Origin: a virus
Taxonomy: Duplodnaviria; Caudoviricetes
DNA: 64,000 nt
Strand: one strand, 5' to 3'
Virus record (IMG/VR): IMGVR_UViG_3300022893_000001
Coordinates: 1 to 64,000 of that record
Shown here: positions 1-10,256 of the stretch, in pieces
Layout: every line of letters begins with the position of its first letter
Position numbering within the stretch: position 1 is the stretch's first letter
Notes under the pieces: model-generated
What the model was told of the DNA's origin: nothing
The model's input: the letters and a program-made list of their open reading frames with translations, nothing else
Database searches by the model: none
Program-made: the position numbers and the translations under genes

Positions 1-22
1 TTGGCCTTATACTCGCCTCTAA

Positions 23-2002
23 GTGCCCCGTCCGAATAAACCCCTCAAGCCGGAAGCCGGCATTCCCCTCACTCCCGAACAACTGGCGCGCCAGGTAGGC
101 TCCTACAACCGCACCAAGTTCATCGCCCCTTCCGGCGAACTGATCTGGCAAGCCAATCCTGGGATGCAGGAGAACATCTTCTTCTGGTCGAACCCCGAGG
201 GCGTCACCTTCTACGACCCGGTGACGTCTGCCCCGCTTCCGCCCAACAAGAAATTCATTTGCGACGAGATCCTGGCCGGCGGGCCCCGAGGCGGAGGTAA
301 GACCGCCGCCGGCATCGCCTGGGCCGCGAGCTACGTGTCGAACCCCAAGTACGTGGGGACGCTCCTCCGACTCAGCAATGAAGCGATGAAGGAGACGATT
401 GAAAAAGCCTGGGCCATGTACCGGCTCATGGGCGCAGTCAAAAAAGGCAACCCCACCTCGTTCTTATTTCCGACTGGGGCGATCATCTACACCGGGTACC
501 TGCGCGACGACGCCTCGTTCGAACAGTATCGCGGACATGAATACCATAGGGTGGTTGTCGAAGAAGCCGAGCAGATCAAATCGGAAGCCTTGTACGCCGC
601 GATCCTGTCGTCGAACCGCACCTCGGTCCCCGGGCTGCGGCCGCAGATCCTCCTGACGGCGAATCCCGATGGGCCCGGCGCGGCTTGGCTCAAAGCCCGC
701 TTCGTCAAGGTCCGGAAGAACATCGACGGCGAGCTCTTCCCGTATGGGGAGCCCATGTTCGATCCCCATTCGAAGCGATGCAAGATCTACTTGCACGGGC
801 CGCTCAAAGACAATCCGCAACTGCTCGAACAAGATCCCCACTACGCGGATCGCCTGGCCGATCCGGCGCACCCCGAGTCGCGGCGTAAGGCGTGGATCGA
901 CGGCGACTGGGACATCTCGGCCGGCATGTTCTATCCGGGATTCCGCCCGCGCGCGATTGCCTCTGAGATCACCCAGTTTCCCGAAGCGTACCATGTGATC
1001 CCCAGTTTCCAAATCCCCGGCTGGTGTCATCGCTGGATCAGTTGCGACTGGGGCCACAAGCACCACACCGCCGTCTACTGGTTCGCCCTCGGCCAGGACA
1101 AACGCATCCACGTCGAAGACGAACTGGTGATCGCCGGCTACGGCGCGGATGAACTGGGCGCGGAGATCGCGCGGCGCTCGCTGCCGCTGCTCGAACGCAT
1201 GAGGGAGCCGCGCATCCGCTGCTACCTGAGCCCGGATGCTTTCCAGGTTCGCGACAAGGATCACATGATCAGTGATCAAATCACCTACGGCGTCCAGCGC
1301 ATCCTGGGGCCCGGCTCCTCGCTGATTATGGAATTCACGCCGCAGGAGCTCACCGTCTCGAAGCTCGATCCGCAGGCGGCGATGCGGATGCGGGAAGAGC
1401 GCCTGGCCGGCAGCGAGATCGAGGGCTCGTCGATCTGGTTCACGCGCGCCAACAACGACCGCAAGGCCGGCTGGGAGTTTATCCGCGGGCTCCTCCGTTT
1501 CCAGCCGCTCAACCGCAAAGCCGAGCCTGACCTCGCCTATGGCGACGAAATCCTGCGCACGCGGGGCATTGTCGCTTACCAGAAGTACATGGCGATGTTT
1601 GCCCAGGAGAAGAACGAAATCCTGCCCCGGCTGCGCATCCACGATAAGTGCCAGATCTTGGTCGAAACCATTCCCAAACTGATCTCGGACTACCCGAACA
1701 ATCCCGAAGACGTCAAGAAATTCGATTCGACCGAGACGACGATTGGCGATGATCCGGCAGACAGTTTGCGCTATGGCTGCATGGGGTTCAAGGACCACGA
1801 GTCCAAGGTTCCCAAGGAAGTGTACATCGACGAGGAGATCGCGCGGATCGCGGCGCTGAACCCCCAGGACTCGGACTTCAACATGCGGATTCTGATCGCC
1901 CAGCAAGCCCAGAGACGTTACGATAAGCAAACGAACGCGAACGAGTCCTGTATCTTGTTGAGAGATTCGATGCTAGCGAGGAAAGGTCTGATACACCCAT
2001 GA
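23..2002 (+). CDS. terL: Terminase large subunit
   Basis: Walker A (LAGGPRGGGKT), Walker B-like (RVVVEE), LTANP coupling motif, RNase H-like nuclease motifs (SCDWG; DDPADSLRY); heads the head-gene cluster. Confidence 0.93.
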   Translation: MPRPNKPLKPEAGIPLTPEQLARQVGSYNRTKFIAPSGELIWQANPGMQENIFFWSNPEGVTFYDPVTSAPLPPNKKFICDEILAGGPRGGGKTAAGIAWAASYVSNPKYVGTLLRLSNEAMKETIEKAWAMYRLMGAVKKGNPTSFLFPTGAIIYTGYLRDDASFEQYRGHEYHRVVVEEAEQIKSEALYAAILSSNRTSVPGLRPQILLTANPDGPGAAWLKARFVKVRKNIDGELFPYGEPMFDPHSKRCKIYLHGPLKDNPQLLEQDPHYADRLADPAHPESRRKAWIDGDWDISAGMFYPGFRPRAIASEITQFPEAYHVIPSFQIPGWCHRWISCDWGHKHHTAVYWFALGQDKRIHVEDELVIAGYGADELGAEIARRSLPLLERMREPRIRCYLSPDAFQVRDKDHMISDQITYGVQRILGPGSSLIMEFTPQELTVSKLDPQAAMRMREERLAGSEIEGSSIWFTRANNDRKAGWEFIRGLLRFQPLNRKAEPDLAYGDEILRTRGIVAYQKYMAMFAQEKNEILPRLRIHDKCQILVETIPKLISDYPNNPEDVKKFDSTETTIGDDPADSLRYGCMGFKDHESKVPKEVYIDEEIARIAALNPQDSDFNMRILIAQQAQRRYDKQTNANESCILLRDSMLARKGLIHP

Positions 2003-2355
2003 GCCCCATGATGGAAGAAGGACTGGGAGCCCCGCCGTCTTCGCTTGAAGACGCCGCCGCCGCCCCGCCGCCGGTCAAGCGATCGGAGGGCGCGGGCCTG
2101 CTCAAGAAGGGCACGACCGAGAAGACGCCCGAGTCGGTCAACTACACCTCCGCCGCCGAACGCTGCGCCACATGCGAGCACTTCGACGAAGAGGCGCTCC
2201 ACTGCAACGAGAACGATTTCGACGCCGAACCCGAGGGCCACTGCGACAAGTTCGAGCTCTTAGGCGACGGCGGCGGCGAAGAGTACACCGACCAGATGGC
2301 GGGCCAGGAGATGCTCGCCGAAGACCAGGGCGAAGAAGCCGAAGAAGAGTACTAA
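1999..2355 (+). CDS. Small acidic protein with HiPIP-like four-cysteine motif
   Basis: ATGA overlap with terL stop; NY..CATCEHF-x6-C-x10-GHCDKF; acidic tail. Confidence 0.7.
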   Translation: MSPMMEEGLGAPPSSLEDAAAAPPPVKRSEGAGLLKKGTTEKTPESVNYTSAAERCATCEHFDEEALHCNENDFDAEPEGHCDKFELLGDGGGEEYTDQMAGQEMLAEDQGEEAEEEY

Positions 2356-2359
2356 CCCC

Positions 2360-2764
2360 GTGCAGCCCGGCTTGTGGACCTCGCTCATCATGATGATCCC
2401 CGGCGTGCGCGCGGCCTACGCGGTGGCCGAAGAGAAGCGCCTCGCCGCCGCGCATTTCCAGGGGCAGATCCTCGCCATGCAGTCGCGCCTCGACCAACTC
2501 ACGGTTGAACGCATCGAGCTCCAGCGCGCCAAGGACGATGCCTACAAACTGGCGATCAACATCATGAGCCAGTACCAGTGGGGCGTGAAGCAGTACGAGG
2601 ACGTGGGCGGGATGCCGGCCCAGTTCCAGCCGCAGGGCGGGGCCATGCCGTCCGATTCGATCAACGCCAGCGCCTTGATCGGGCGCGGCAACAAGGACGC
2701 CATCGAAGAATTCCTGCGCGTCAGTATGGAGAACGACGAGTACGAGCGGGCGGGGAGCCATTAG
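2360..2764 (+). CDS. Hypothetical coiled-coil protein
   Basis: Fills gap in operon, GC3-biased codons, helical heptads. Confidence 0.7.
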   Translation: MQPGLWTSLIMMIPGVRAAYAVAEEKRLAAAHFQGQILAMQSRLDQLTVERIELQRAKDDAYKLAINIMSQYQWGVKQYEDVGGMPAQFQPQGGAMPSDSINASALIGRGNKDAIEEFLRVSMENDEYERAGSH

Positions 2765-3175
2765 ATGGCGGAGTACAACGGACGGCCCATCACGCGGTAC
2801 GGCTCACCGGCTACCAACTTCAATACGCCCCTCTCCTTCGACGAGGAACTGCGGTTTCAAAAGCACAAGGCGAAGTACTCGCCGCGCGATTCCGGGGAAG
2901 ACTACGACGAGCGCGGAGCCTTTCTCGCCGGCCAGGTGGCCGATCAGACCAAGGAAGAGCACGGCAACGACCTCTGGAAAAAGCCCAACCATCCTACGCA
3001 AAGCCACGAGAGCCTCTACGCCGGCCACGGGCCCGCCGGGGATTGGCTTCCCCAAGGCGGCTACGTTCCGGCGGGCGGTCTGCTCAAAGCCAAGTTGAAG
3101 GACGACATCGCTGCCGCCGATCCGCGCAACAAACCGACCATGCGCGCCCGCAACGCCTGGGAGAGGGACAAGTAA
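2765..3175 (+). CDS. Hypothetical virion-module protein (DYD.RGA...KKPNHPT motif)
   Basis: Abuts previous stop; motif recalled from phage virion-associated proteins. Confidence 0.7.
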   Translation: MAEYNGRPITRYGSPATNFNTPLSFDEELRFQKHKAKYSPRDSGEDYDERGAFLAGQVADQTKEEHGNDLWKKPNHPTQSHESLYAGHGPAGDWLPQGGYVPAGGLLKAKLKDDIAAADPRNKPTMRARNAWERDK

Positions 3176-3176
3176 C

Positions 3177-5435
3177 TTGATCGCCGATACCGATTCAAAG
3201 ACTGTCGTCACGCCCGCGGATTTCATCCAGACCCACTCGACCGCCCTCGGCAAGTGGATCCTGGAAGACCTCGACCGCCCGCTCTCGGCCGCGCGCGCCG
3301 CGCAACTCCTGCGCGCCAAAAAAGCCCTCTATTACTGGGAGGGAAAACAGTATGGGCATCTCAAATACGACGCGCACCTGGGCTCGTTCGACTGGGTTCC
3401 GCTCGACTTCAAAGAGGAAGTGCAGAGGGTTTTCGCGAACGTCTATAACATCGTGTACGCCGATGGGCAGAAGTTCAACTCGCTCGTAGGCCAGCGCAGA
3501 TTGAATCAGAAGGCAGTCGCTGACGACGCGCAGAATTTCACGCAGACGGCGGTGGCTTCGAAAGCCAACACGATGGCGAAGCACTTACTGAGGTATTGGA
3601 AGCTGCAACGCCGCGCCCCGAATGAAATTGCCGAAGTGGTTTGGAACACCGGCCCGGTATTCGGCTTTGTCGACCACGTCGTCGATGGAAGGAAGCACGG
3701 CTATCACAACGAACCGATTTACGGGACCGAAGAGGTCGAAGGGCCCGGCGAACTGCTCTGCCCGGTGTGCGGCGGCAAGAGCCCCGAGGACAGCCCCCAG
3801 TGCGTCAACTGCGGCTCGCCGCTCGATCCGGCGACGGCCCCGAAGATCCCCGGCCCCCCGATCCAGCAAACGGTGCAGCAGGGCGAGCAGTCCTACGCCA
3901 AGGGGATGCCCGAACTGCAACTGCTCTCCTGCATCCAGGTCATGACGCCGTACGACGCCAAATGGGTCGACGACGATCTTGAGTGGCTCGACTACTCGTA
4001 CCCGCTCTCGAAGCTCAAAGCCAAGCTGGTGCTCCAGCGGCTCAACGCCGCTAAGAAAGATCTCACGCCGCTCGCCGACTGGGACTCGGACGAGAACGTA
4101 GCCGAAGCCGGCAGGATCCTCGAAGAGATCCAGAACCCGAATGACCGCACGATTGACCGCACGCAAGAGACGGTGTCCTACGGCCGGCGATGGTTGAACC
4201 CCTGCGCCTACGACGGGATGCCGCGCGCCATGCGCCGCGCCGCCGAAAAGATGTTCATGGATGGGTGCTTGATTCACCGCATGGGCGGGAAGCCGGTGGC
4301 TATCGATGCGACGAAGATGACCGAGCACTGGAGCGTGTGCAAGGCGGGCACGAATTGCTATATCAACGGGCCCGGCTTAGTCCACAACGTGATGGGCCAA
4401 CAGGACTCGATCAACAATTTTTGGAATATGGCGGATGAAATTATTATGAGGGGGATTCCGAAGCACATCGTCGATTCGCAAGTGCTCAATCCCGAGACGG
4501 TGAAGAAGTCCGGTACCGTCAACGAGCTCTTGTTCACGAGGACCGGCGGCGTCGATTTGAGTAAGGCATTCGTCACGATTCCCACGGCGCAACTCCATCA
4601 AGGGCTCATGCCGGTGGCCGAGATGATGCGCCAGTACACGCGCGAGGCAGACAACATTCAGCCCGCGTTATTCGGTGGCGGCGACCCCGCTCCGACCTGG
4701 CGTCAGGATCAGCAACAAAAAGCCGGCGCGTTGCAGGGACTGCAGTTACCCTTCGAGGGGATGCAAAACTTCGTGAGCGACATTTTAGAGGACGGCGTGC
4801 GCCTGGGCGCGCGGCACGGCGTGGGGATGGTGTCGGTCCCATCGTCCGGATTCGGCGAGATTGGCGAGTCCATCGACCTGGCCGATCTCGAAGAAGAGGG
4901 TTGGCATATCGAGGCGGTCGACACCGCGCCGCAGTCGTTCACCGAGAAGGTGACGAAGCTATCGGGCCTCTCGCAAGAGGCTCCGCAATTGGCCCAGAGC
5001 ATTGGGTTGGGCCATCCGATTAACGCCGCGCAAACCAAGGCATATTTCGGCGTAGATGACTTCTATGCCCCCGGCGAGTTCCTCTATCAGACGGTAATGA
5101 ACCGCATTCAGAAGCTGCTCTCCGAGCCCACGATCCCGCCGCAGATCGACCCGAACACCGGACAGCCGGTGCTCGATCAGATGGGCGTGCCGGCGGTCGA
5201 AACCAGTTCGATCCCCATCGATCCGTTCCTCGACACCGACCACACCACCATCGCGACGATCATCCGCGAATGGTGCATGAGCCCCGCCGGCCAACAGGCT
5301 TCCGAAGACCCCGGCCAGTATTTCAATAACGTCAAATTGCATGGGCAGGAGCAGGACGCCGCCGCGCAAGCGGCGATGATGCAACAGGCGATGGCAGCGG
5401 CCCCGCCCGCAGAAAATGCTGCACCGCCCGCATAA
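3177..5435 (+). CDS. Portal protein (podovirus-like) with inserted zinc ribbon
   Basis: 752 aa, lies between terminase and scaffold/capsid genes, helical core, Q/P/A-rich C-terminus; CxxC..CxxC at 3759-3815. Confidence 0.8.
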   Translation: MIADTDSKTVVTPADFIQTHSTALGKWILEDLDRPLSAARAAQLLRAKKALYYWEGKQYGHLKYDAHLGSFDWVPLDFKEEVQRVFANVYNIVYADGQKFNSLVGQRRLNQKAVADDAQNFTQTAVASKANTMAKHLLRYWKLQRRAPNEIAEVVWNTGPVFGFVDHVVDGRKHGYHNEPIYGTEEVEGPGELLCPVCGGKSPEDSPQCVNCGSPLDPATAPKIPGPPIQQTVQQGEQSYAKGMPELQLLSCIQVMTPYDAKWVDDDLEWLDYSYPLSKLKAKLVLQRLNAAKKDLTPLADWDSDENVAEAGRILEEIQNPNDRTIDRTQETVSYGRRWLNPCAYDGMPRAMRRAAEKMFMDGCLIHRMGGKPVAIDATKMTEHWSVCKAGTNCYINGPGLVHNVMGQQDSINNFWNMADEIIMRGIPKHIVDSQVLNPETVKKSGTVNELLFTRTGGVDLSKAFVTIPTAQLHQGLMPVAEMMRQYTREADNIQPALFGGGDPAPTWRQDQQQKAGALQGLQLPFEGMQNFVSDILEDGVRLGARHGVGMVSVPSSGFGEIGESIDLADLEEEGWHIEAVDTAPQSFTEKVTKLSGLSQEAPQLAQSIGLGHPINAAQTKAYFGVDDFYAPGEFLYQTVMNRIQKLLSEPTIPPQIDPNTGQPVLDQMGVPAVETSSIPIDPFLDTDHTTIATIIREWCMSPAGQQASEDPGQYFNNVKLHGQEQDAAAQAAMMQQAMAAAPPAENAAPPA

Positions 5436-5440
5436 TCTCG

Positions 5441-5449
5441 TGTTATAAA
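5441..5449 (+). promoter_or_regulatory. Extended -10-like element (TGtTATAAA) 8 nt before scaffold ATG; possible leaderless start
   Basis: AT-rich intergenic patch, no Shine-Dalgarno before ATG 5458. Confidence 0.4.
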
Positions 5450-5457
5450 AGATTCCA

Positions 5458-6885
5458 ATGGAAGAACCGGGCAGCGGCCCAGCGTCCTCGACGCCAGCGG
5501 CCCTCAGCGTCAGTGCCGAACTCGACGCGATGTTCGACGATGTCACAAGCGACTCCCCTGTGGAGGAGACGACCTCTACTGAGTCCGTCAAGACATCTGA
5601 GGCGAACCCGCAAGACTCCACCGTCCAGCCGCCGTCGCCCATCGATTTCGAGGCGGACGACGACACCCCCGCCGTCGAAGACGACGCTCCGAAAACTCCC
5701 GCCAAGACCGAGTCCGAGCCCGCGCCTGAAGTAGAGGCCGCGTCGCCGATTTCGGACGAGGACAAGGAAGGCGAAGAGTACGAGATTCGCGGGAAGAAGT
5801 GGATCCGGTACCCCGAAGCCCGCGGCAAAGAGGTCTTTGCCGGCTACCAGGCGTCGAAGGCGCTCCAACGGGAGCTCGGCTACGACCAGCCCGTCACGCC
5901 CGAAGCGGTGAAGCAACTGGCCGGGGACAAGGCTCTGCTCGACAATATCGACTTCGATGTCATGTCGAACGATCCGGCAGACCAGGCGCGCGCCTTCCGG
6001 TACCTGTTCACCACCGCGCGCAAAGCCTACGACCAGGGACACGCCGCGCACAACCCGCACGCGACGATGGCCGATGCCTTCCTGCACGCCGCCGAGACGT
6101 CTGCCCCCGAGGTGATCGCCGGGATCGAGCACCGCGTCACCCAGGAGACATTCAACCGGCTCTACCAGAAGGCCATCGCGGCCGGCATCGAAACCGAAGC
6201 GGGCAAAGAACTCCTCAACTCGGTGCAGCGCGCCGAGCAAGCCCTCACCGGGAACTACCGCAAGCGGGCCGATCTCGCCAAGCAGCCGCCGCCGCCCGAC
6301 AAGATCGACCAGCGGCTCCAGGTGGTCGAAGCGAGAGAAGCCGAGCAAGCGGCGCAACAGTCGCAACAGGCCAAAGCGGCCTGGGACTACTGGTATGAAG
6401 GAACCCGAGGCGCGATCTGGGAAGGGATAACCGGCGCGATTGGGAACGTCATCAAGCCGGTCGCCGGCTCATTCAAGAATTTTCCGGAAACGCAGAAGAA
6501 CGTGGAAACACGCCTGCGTGAAGAAGTAAGGGAAGCTCTCAACGCCGACCGCAAATTGGCGTCGTTACGAGAGCAGTACGTCAAGCAAGCTAGCATTGCC
6601 GGAAGCGAAAGTGTCCGGGATGGGTGGCGCGCGCGACTCGTGCAAATGTATGCCGCCAAGGCAGACCAGGTGCTTCGTGACAAAGCGCCGAAGATTCTGT
6701 CGGAGACGGCTGCGAACATCAAGGCTCGCAGCGACAAGACTCACCAGCGGCTCCAAGGTACGCAATCGCTACGTGGAACACCAGCGGGCGGAAGCGCCCC
6801 CAACGGTACGACAGCGCCAGCATCCGGCAACAATAAGTTCGACAGTAAATCCTGGGCGAACGAATTCGAAGCCGCGTTCAACTGA
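5458..6885 (+). CDS. Capsid scaffolding protein
   Basis: Between portal and capsid; acidic disordered N-terminus, long helices, short conserved-looking C-terminal helix (FDSKSWANEFEAAF). Confidence 0.75.
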   Translation: MEEPGSGPASSTPAALSVSAELDAMFDDVTSDSPVEETTSTESVKTSEANPQDSTVQPPSPIDFEADDDTPAVEDDAPKTPAKTESEPAPEVEAASPISDEDKEGEEYEIRGKKWIRYPEARGKEVFAGYQASKALQRELGYDQPVTPEAVKQLAGDKALLDNIDFDVMSNDPADQARAFRYLFTTARKAYDQGHAAHNPHATMADAFLHAAETSAPEVIAGIEHRVTQETFNRLYQKAIAAGIETEAGKELLNSVQRAEQALTGNYRKRADLAKQPPPPDKIDQRLQVVEAREAEQAAQQSQQAKAAWDYWYEGTRGAIWEGITGAIGNVIKPVAGSFKNFPETQKNVETRLREEVREALNADRKLASLREQYVKQASIAGSESVRDGWRARLVQMYAAKADQVLRDKAPKILSETAANIKARSDKTHQRLQGTQSLRGTPAGGSAPNGTTAPASGNNKFDSKSWANEFEAAFN

Positions 6886-6933
6886 ACGCTCGATCTCCAA
6901 CGTGGCATAGTTCCGACTCAATAAGGGAGAATT

Positions 6934-8190
6934 ATGGCTACAGATCTCGTTTTCGCGCAAATGGAAAAAGTCGCCCCCAAGCTACCCGATTGGTTTGGGC
7001 GGTTCGATAACATCGTCAACAAAATCAACGCCAAGGCAGACGTCGAAAAAGTAAGTGAGCGGGATTTCCGAGCCACTTATCTCACCACGAACGGTGGGCG
7101 TGTCGGCACGTACAATCCTGACGGCGGCGGGCTCGGACTGGGCTCGGCGCAAGAAGGCGGCGTCATGATCACCACCTACTTCCCGTTCAGCTTTCGCGGG
7201 CAGATCACCCAGTTAGCGAGCCGCGCGACGGCCGCTGCGGAGCAGTCCAGGCTCCAAGGTTTCAAAAAGCTGTTGAAGACCATGATCCCGGACTTCAGCG
7301 ACTTCTTGGATCGCGCCTGGCACATGGGCGATGGCACTGCCGTGCTCGGCACCTCGCTGTCGTTCTCGACCGTGGGCGGCAAGACCGTGTATGTGATGGA
7401 CACGACCAACGGCGTCCAGGGCTTCCGGCGCGGAGAATACTACAACGTCTACGACACGACGTTGACGACTCCGAAAGCCGGCGGGCCATTCAAGCTGCTG
7501 ACCATCAACTACTCGACGCGCGCACTTACTTTCGCGGTCACGATTGCCGGCGCGGCGACCGGCGACAAGATCGTGTTCGAGGGAACTTCGGGCGCAAATC
7601 CGGCCGGTCTGAAGGGTTTGCTTTATCACAATAATACGGCGACGAGCGGCACTACGCACGGCGTCAACCGCGCCAACGAGCCCGAGATTTTGGTCAATGT
7701 GCGCGACGGCGGAGCCAGCGTGCCCACGGTGCAAATGGGGATGCAGATTGCCCATCAGATCATCGAGCGGCGCAAAATCGACCAAGGGATTCCCGGCGGC
7801 ATGATGGCCCTGGTGAATCAAAAACAGCAAGCCAATATCCGTCAGAACGTGATGGACATCGCCAACTACGATCTGACCAACGGCAAAGTGAACGCTGACA
7901 TCATGCCGAAGGTCGACATGCAGTTTATGTTTGCGGGCGTGCCGGCGACCGTCGACCCGCACCAGGCGACGAACCGCATCGACTATATCACTCCGAACGA
8001 CTGGTCAATCGCCGAAATCGACCCAGTCGGATGGTTCGAAATGAATGGCAACAAGTTGTTCCCGCTCTACGCTTTAGACGGCTCACCGGCCGCTACGGCG
8101 TGGTTCGCGCTCTATGTCCTCAGGGACTATCTGTGCCAGAATTTCGGTAATGCTGGAGTGATCTACAATCTCGCCCAGCCGACCTATTAG
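6934..8190 (+). CDS. Major capsid protein (HK97 fold presumed)
   Basis: 418 aa, strong RBS (AAGGGAGA), position after scaffold, GLKGL...GVNR segment typical of podovirus coat proteins. Confidence 0.82.
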   Translation: MATDLVFAQMEKVAPKLPDWFGRFDNIVNKINAKADVEKVSERDFRATYLTTNGGRVGTYNPDGGGLGLGSAQEGGVMITTYFPFSFRGQITQLASRATAAAEQSRLQGFKKLLKTMIPDFSDFLDRAWHMGDGTAVLGTSLSFSTVGGKTVYVMDTTNGVQGFRRGEYYNVYDTTLTTPKAGGPFKLLTINYSTRALTFAVTIAGAATGDKIVFEGTSGANPAGLKGLLYHNNTATSGTTHGVNRANEPEILVNVRDGGASVPTVQMGMQIAHQIIERRKIDQGIPGGMMALVNQKQQANIRQNVMDIANYDLTNGKVNADIMPKVDMQFMFAGVPATVDPHQATNRIDYITPNDWSIAEIDPVGWFEMNGNKLFPLYALDGSPAATAWFALYVLRDYLCQNFGNAGVIYNLAQPTY

Positions 8191-8204
8191 CCATTTAAAG
8201 GTCA

Positions 8205-8234
8205 ACGGGGCCAGGCAGGCCAGCCCGGCCCCGT
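8205..8234 (+). other. GC-rich stem-loop after capsid gene
   Basis: ACGGGGCC (8205-8212) / GGCCCCGT (8227-8234); no U-tract, so likely mRNA stabiliser or attenuator. Confidence 0.5.
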
Positions 8235-8247
8235 CCAAGGATCAAAA

Positions 8248-8847
8248 GTGGATCAAAAACTACTGGCCGAACTCAACGGGCGGCTGGCCTCGGAGTTCGG
8301 AAGGAACCATCTTGGCGAGCCGCACTACCGCTGGAGTCTCACGCAGGACATGTGGGGCTTCGAGCACCGGGGCAACGCGGTCCCGAAGCTCATCCTCACC
8401 GCCAACGGCGAGAAACTGTGGACCGTCGAAAGCCGGTACGAGCGGTTCACGGTGGCCGATATTGTCGGGCCCAACCGCTGGGCGTTTTCGAAGTGGTTCC
8501 ACTACCGGCGCGGGGAATGGCTCGCCATCTTTGGCGAGGCTTGGCCCTATCCGGCGCGCGGGGAATATCAGATGGTGGGGAGCCCGATGCCGGATGGCGA
8601 AGAGCCGTGCGAGAAATCGACCGAGGCTCTCAGCTATCACCTCAAACGCCACCTGGCGATGACGCTCGAAGACCACGAGCAGGACTTGCTCGTGCGGCTC
8701 GAAGAAAAGAAACGCATCGAGCGCGGCCCCGTCGCCGATGCCATTGACGACTCCATGTTTGCCTTCGAACACCTCCCGGGCGCGAAGGACAACGTATCGC
8801 TACCGAGCGCGCAATTCCGGGAAAACTTCCAGGAGCAACCAACTTGA
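8248..8847 (+). CDS. Hypothetical protein
   Basis: GTG start after AAGGA; operon continuity. Confidence 0.7.
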   Translation: MDQKLLAELNGRLASEFGRNHLGEPHYRWSLTQDMWGFEHRGNAVPKLILTANGEKLWTVESRYERFTVADIVGPNRWAFSKWFHYRRGEWLAIFGEAWPYPARGEYQMVGSPMPDGEEPCEKSTEALSYHLKRHLAMTLEDHEQDLLVRLEEKKRIERGPVADAIDDSMFAFEHLPGAKDNVSLPSAQFRENFQEQPT

Positions 8848-9509
8848 GCAAGATGATCATTTCGCTGTGGCCCATGCAGGAGTCCTGCTACCGGGCCATG
8901 CACATGCCGAAGACAACCGCCGATTCCAACACCTTCGTCCTGCAGCCCGGCTCGCTCGCCTTCCCGACCATGCTGCAGGTCAACGAGTTCAACAACAAGG
9001 TCTACATGGGCGCGGGGAATAGCCAGATGTTAGGCATCTCCGCCGAAGAGATTGCCCACGACCTGGTCAACATCTGGCGCAACCACAAGGGCTCCTCGGC
9101 CGATGAGGGACTGCCGGCCATCTGGGTGTGTTCGCTCGATAACCCGACCGTCGAACAGGTCAAGCAACTGCCCGAGACGATGGAGTGGTACGAGAGCCAG
9201 CGCCTCTTTGCCAACTCTAAGGTCCGGGAAGCGCGCCTGTTTGCGGCGCAGAGCCAATGGAGAAACATAACGAAACTCCATTTGTTCATGGGCGCGCTCT
9301 TGAACGTGCAGGGCGAGCCGTGGCAGGACTTCGATTCGAAGAACCAGATCGCCAAGGTGCGCTGCCCCTACTGCGATCACCCGATGACGATGGGCGCGGC
9401 GATCTGCGGCCAGTGCCGCGAGATCGTGAATCTTGAGAAGTACAATCAGATTCGAGTGAGCCAGGATCTCCCCACGAGAGCCGTGGCCGCTGCGCCGAAG
9501 CCGAGCTAG
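8844..9509 (+). CDS. Hypothetical protein with C-terminal zinc ribbon
   Basis: TTGA overlap with upstream stop; CPYC-x10-CGQC. Confidence 0.7.
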   Translation: MSKMIISLWPMQESCYRAMHMPKTTADSNTFVLQPGSLAFPTMLQVNEFNNKVYMGAGNSQMLGISAEEIAHDLVNIWRNHKGSSADEGLPAIWVCSLDNPTVEQVKQLPETMEWYESQRLFANSKVREARLFAAQSQWRNITKLHLFMGALLNVQGEPWQDFDSKNQIAKVRCPYCDHPMTMGAAICGQCREIVNLEKYNQIRVSQDLPTRAVAAAPKPS

Positions 9510-9522
9510 GAGGATCATCCGC

Positions 9523-10221
9523 ATGGCTATCCCCACCGTAGAGCAAGCTATCGACGAGGCCAGTTTCCACCTGGGCGATATCAAGAAGCGCCGGTTCACT
9601 GTGCCCGATCTGCAGATGGCAGTGGGGATGGCCTGGCGGGAAATGATCGAGGAGATGGTCAAGTGCCAGGACCAGCAGGTAGAACTCATGGCGTACTACA
9701 CGCTGCCGGTGGGCACGCTGACGCTTCTGCCGGCCACCGCGGGGATCAGTAATTTCGGATCGCTCCTGCGCCTCGAAGAGCGGCCGGCGGGCGCGTTGAA
9801 CACCCAGTTCTTCCCCGTCATGTACGCCGAGACGCTGCCGCTGCCCTGGTCCCCCACGCACCGGCTCCTCTATTACACCTGGCGCTCAGGCGAGTTCGGG
9901 TTCAACCTGGCGACCCAGGCAGTGGAGCTCCGGATCGTCTACCTGCATTCGGGCGAAGTGCCAACCACCGGGCCGCTGGGGATCGACAACTGCCTCACCG
10001 TCGTTGCCAAACTCGCCGCGCGGTACGCCGGCCCGCCGAAAGGCGTCAACGATATCCCGGCGCGGATGCACAAAGAGGTCTATGTGGACCCGAATCACAT
10101 GCAGGCTCTGATCCAGCCCTCGTTGCGGATGCAGCAAGAGCGCCGGATCCAACCTGCTGCGTACGCTGTCGGCAGTAATAGGCGACGCCCTCGCGGCACT
10201 TTCCCTTATTTTGGTCCGTAG
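9523..10221 (+). CDS. Head-tail adaptor-like protein
   Basis: RBS AGGAGG; N-terminal helix pattern and position before nozzle gene match podovirus adaptors. Confidence 0.6.
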   Translation: MAIPTVEQAIDEASFHLGDIKKRRFTVPDLQMAVGMAWREMIEEMVKCQDQQVELMAYYTLPVGTLTLLPATAGISNFGSLLRLEERPAGALNTQFFPVMYAETLPLPWSPTHRLLYYTWRSGEFGFNLATQAVELRIVYLHSGEVPTTGPLGIDNCLTVVAKLAARYAGPPKGVNDIPARMHKEVYVDPNHMQALIQPSLRMQQERRIQPAAYAVGSNRRRPRGTFPYFGP

Positions 10222-10256
10222 TCTGTTTACCGTACTGGAGAAAATGGAACACCACC

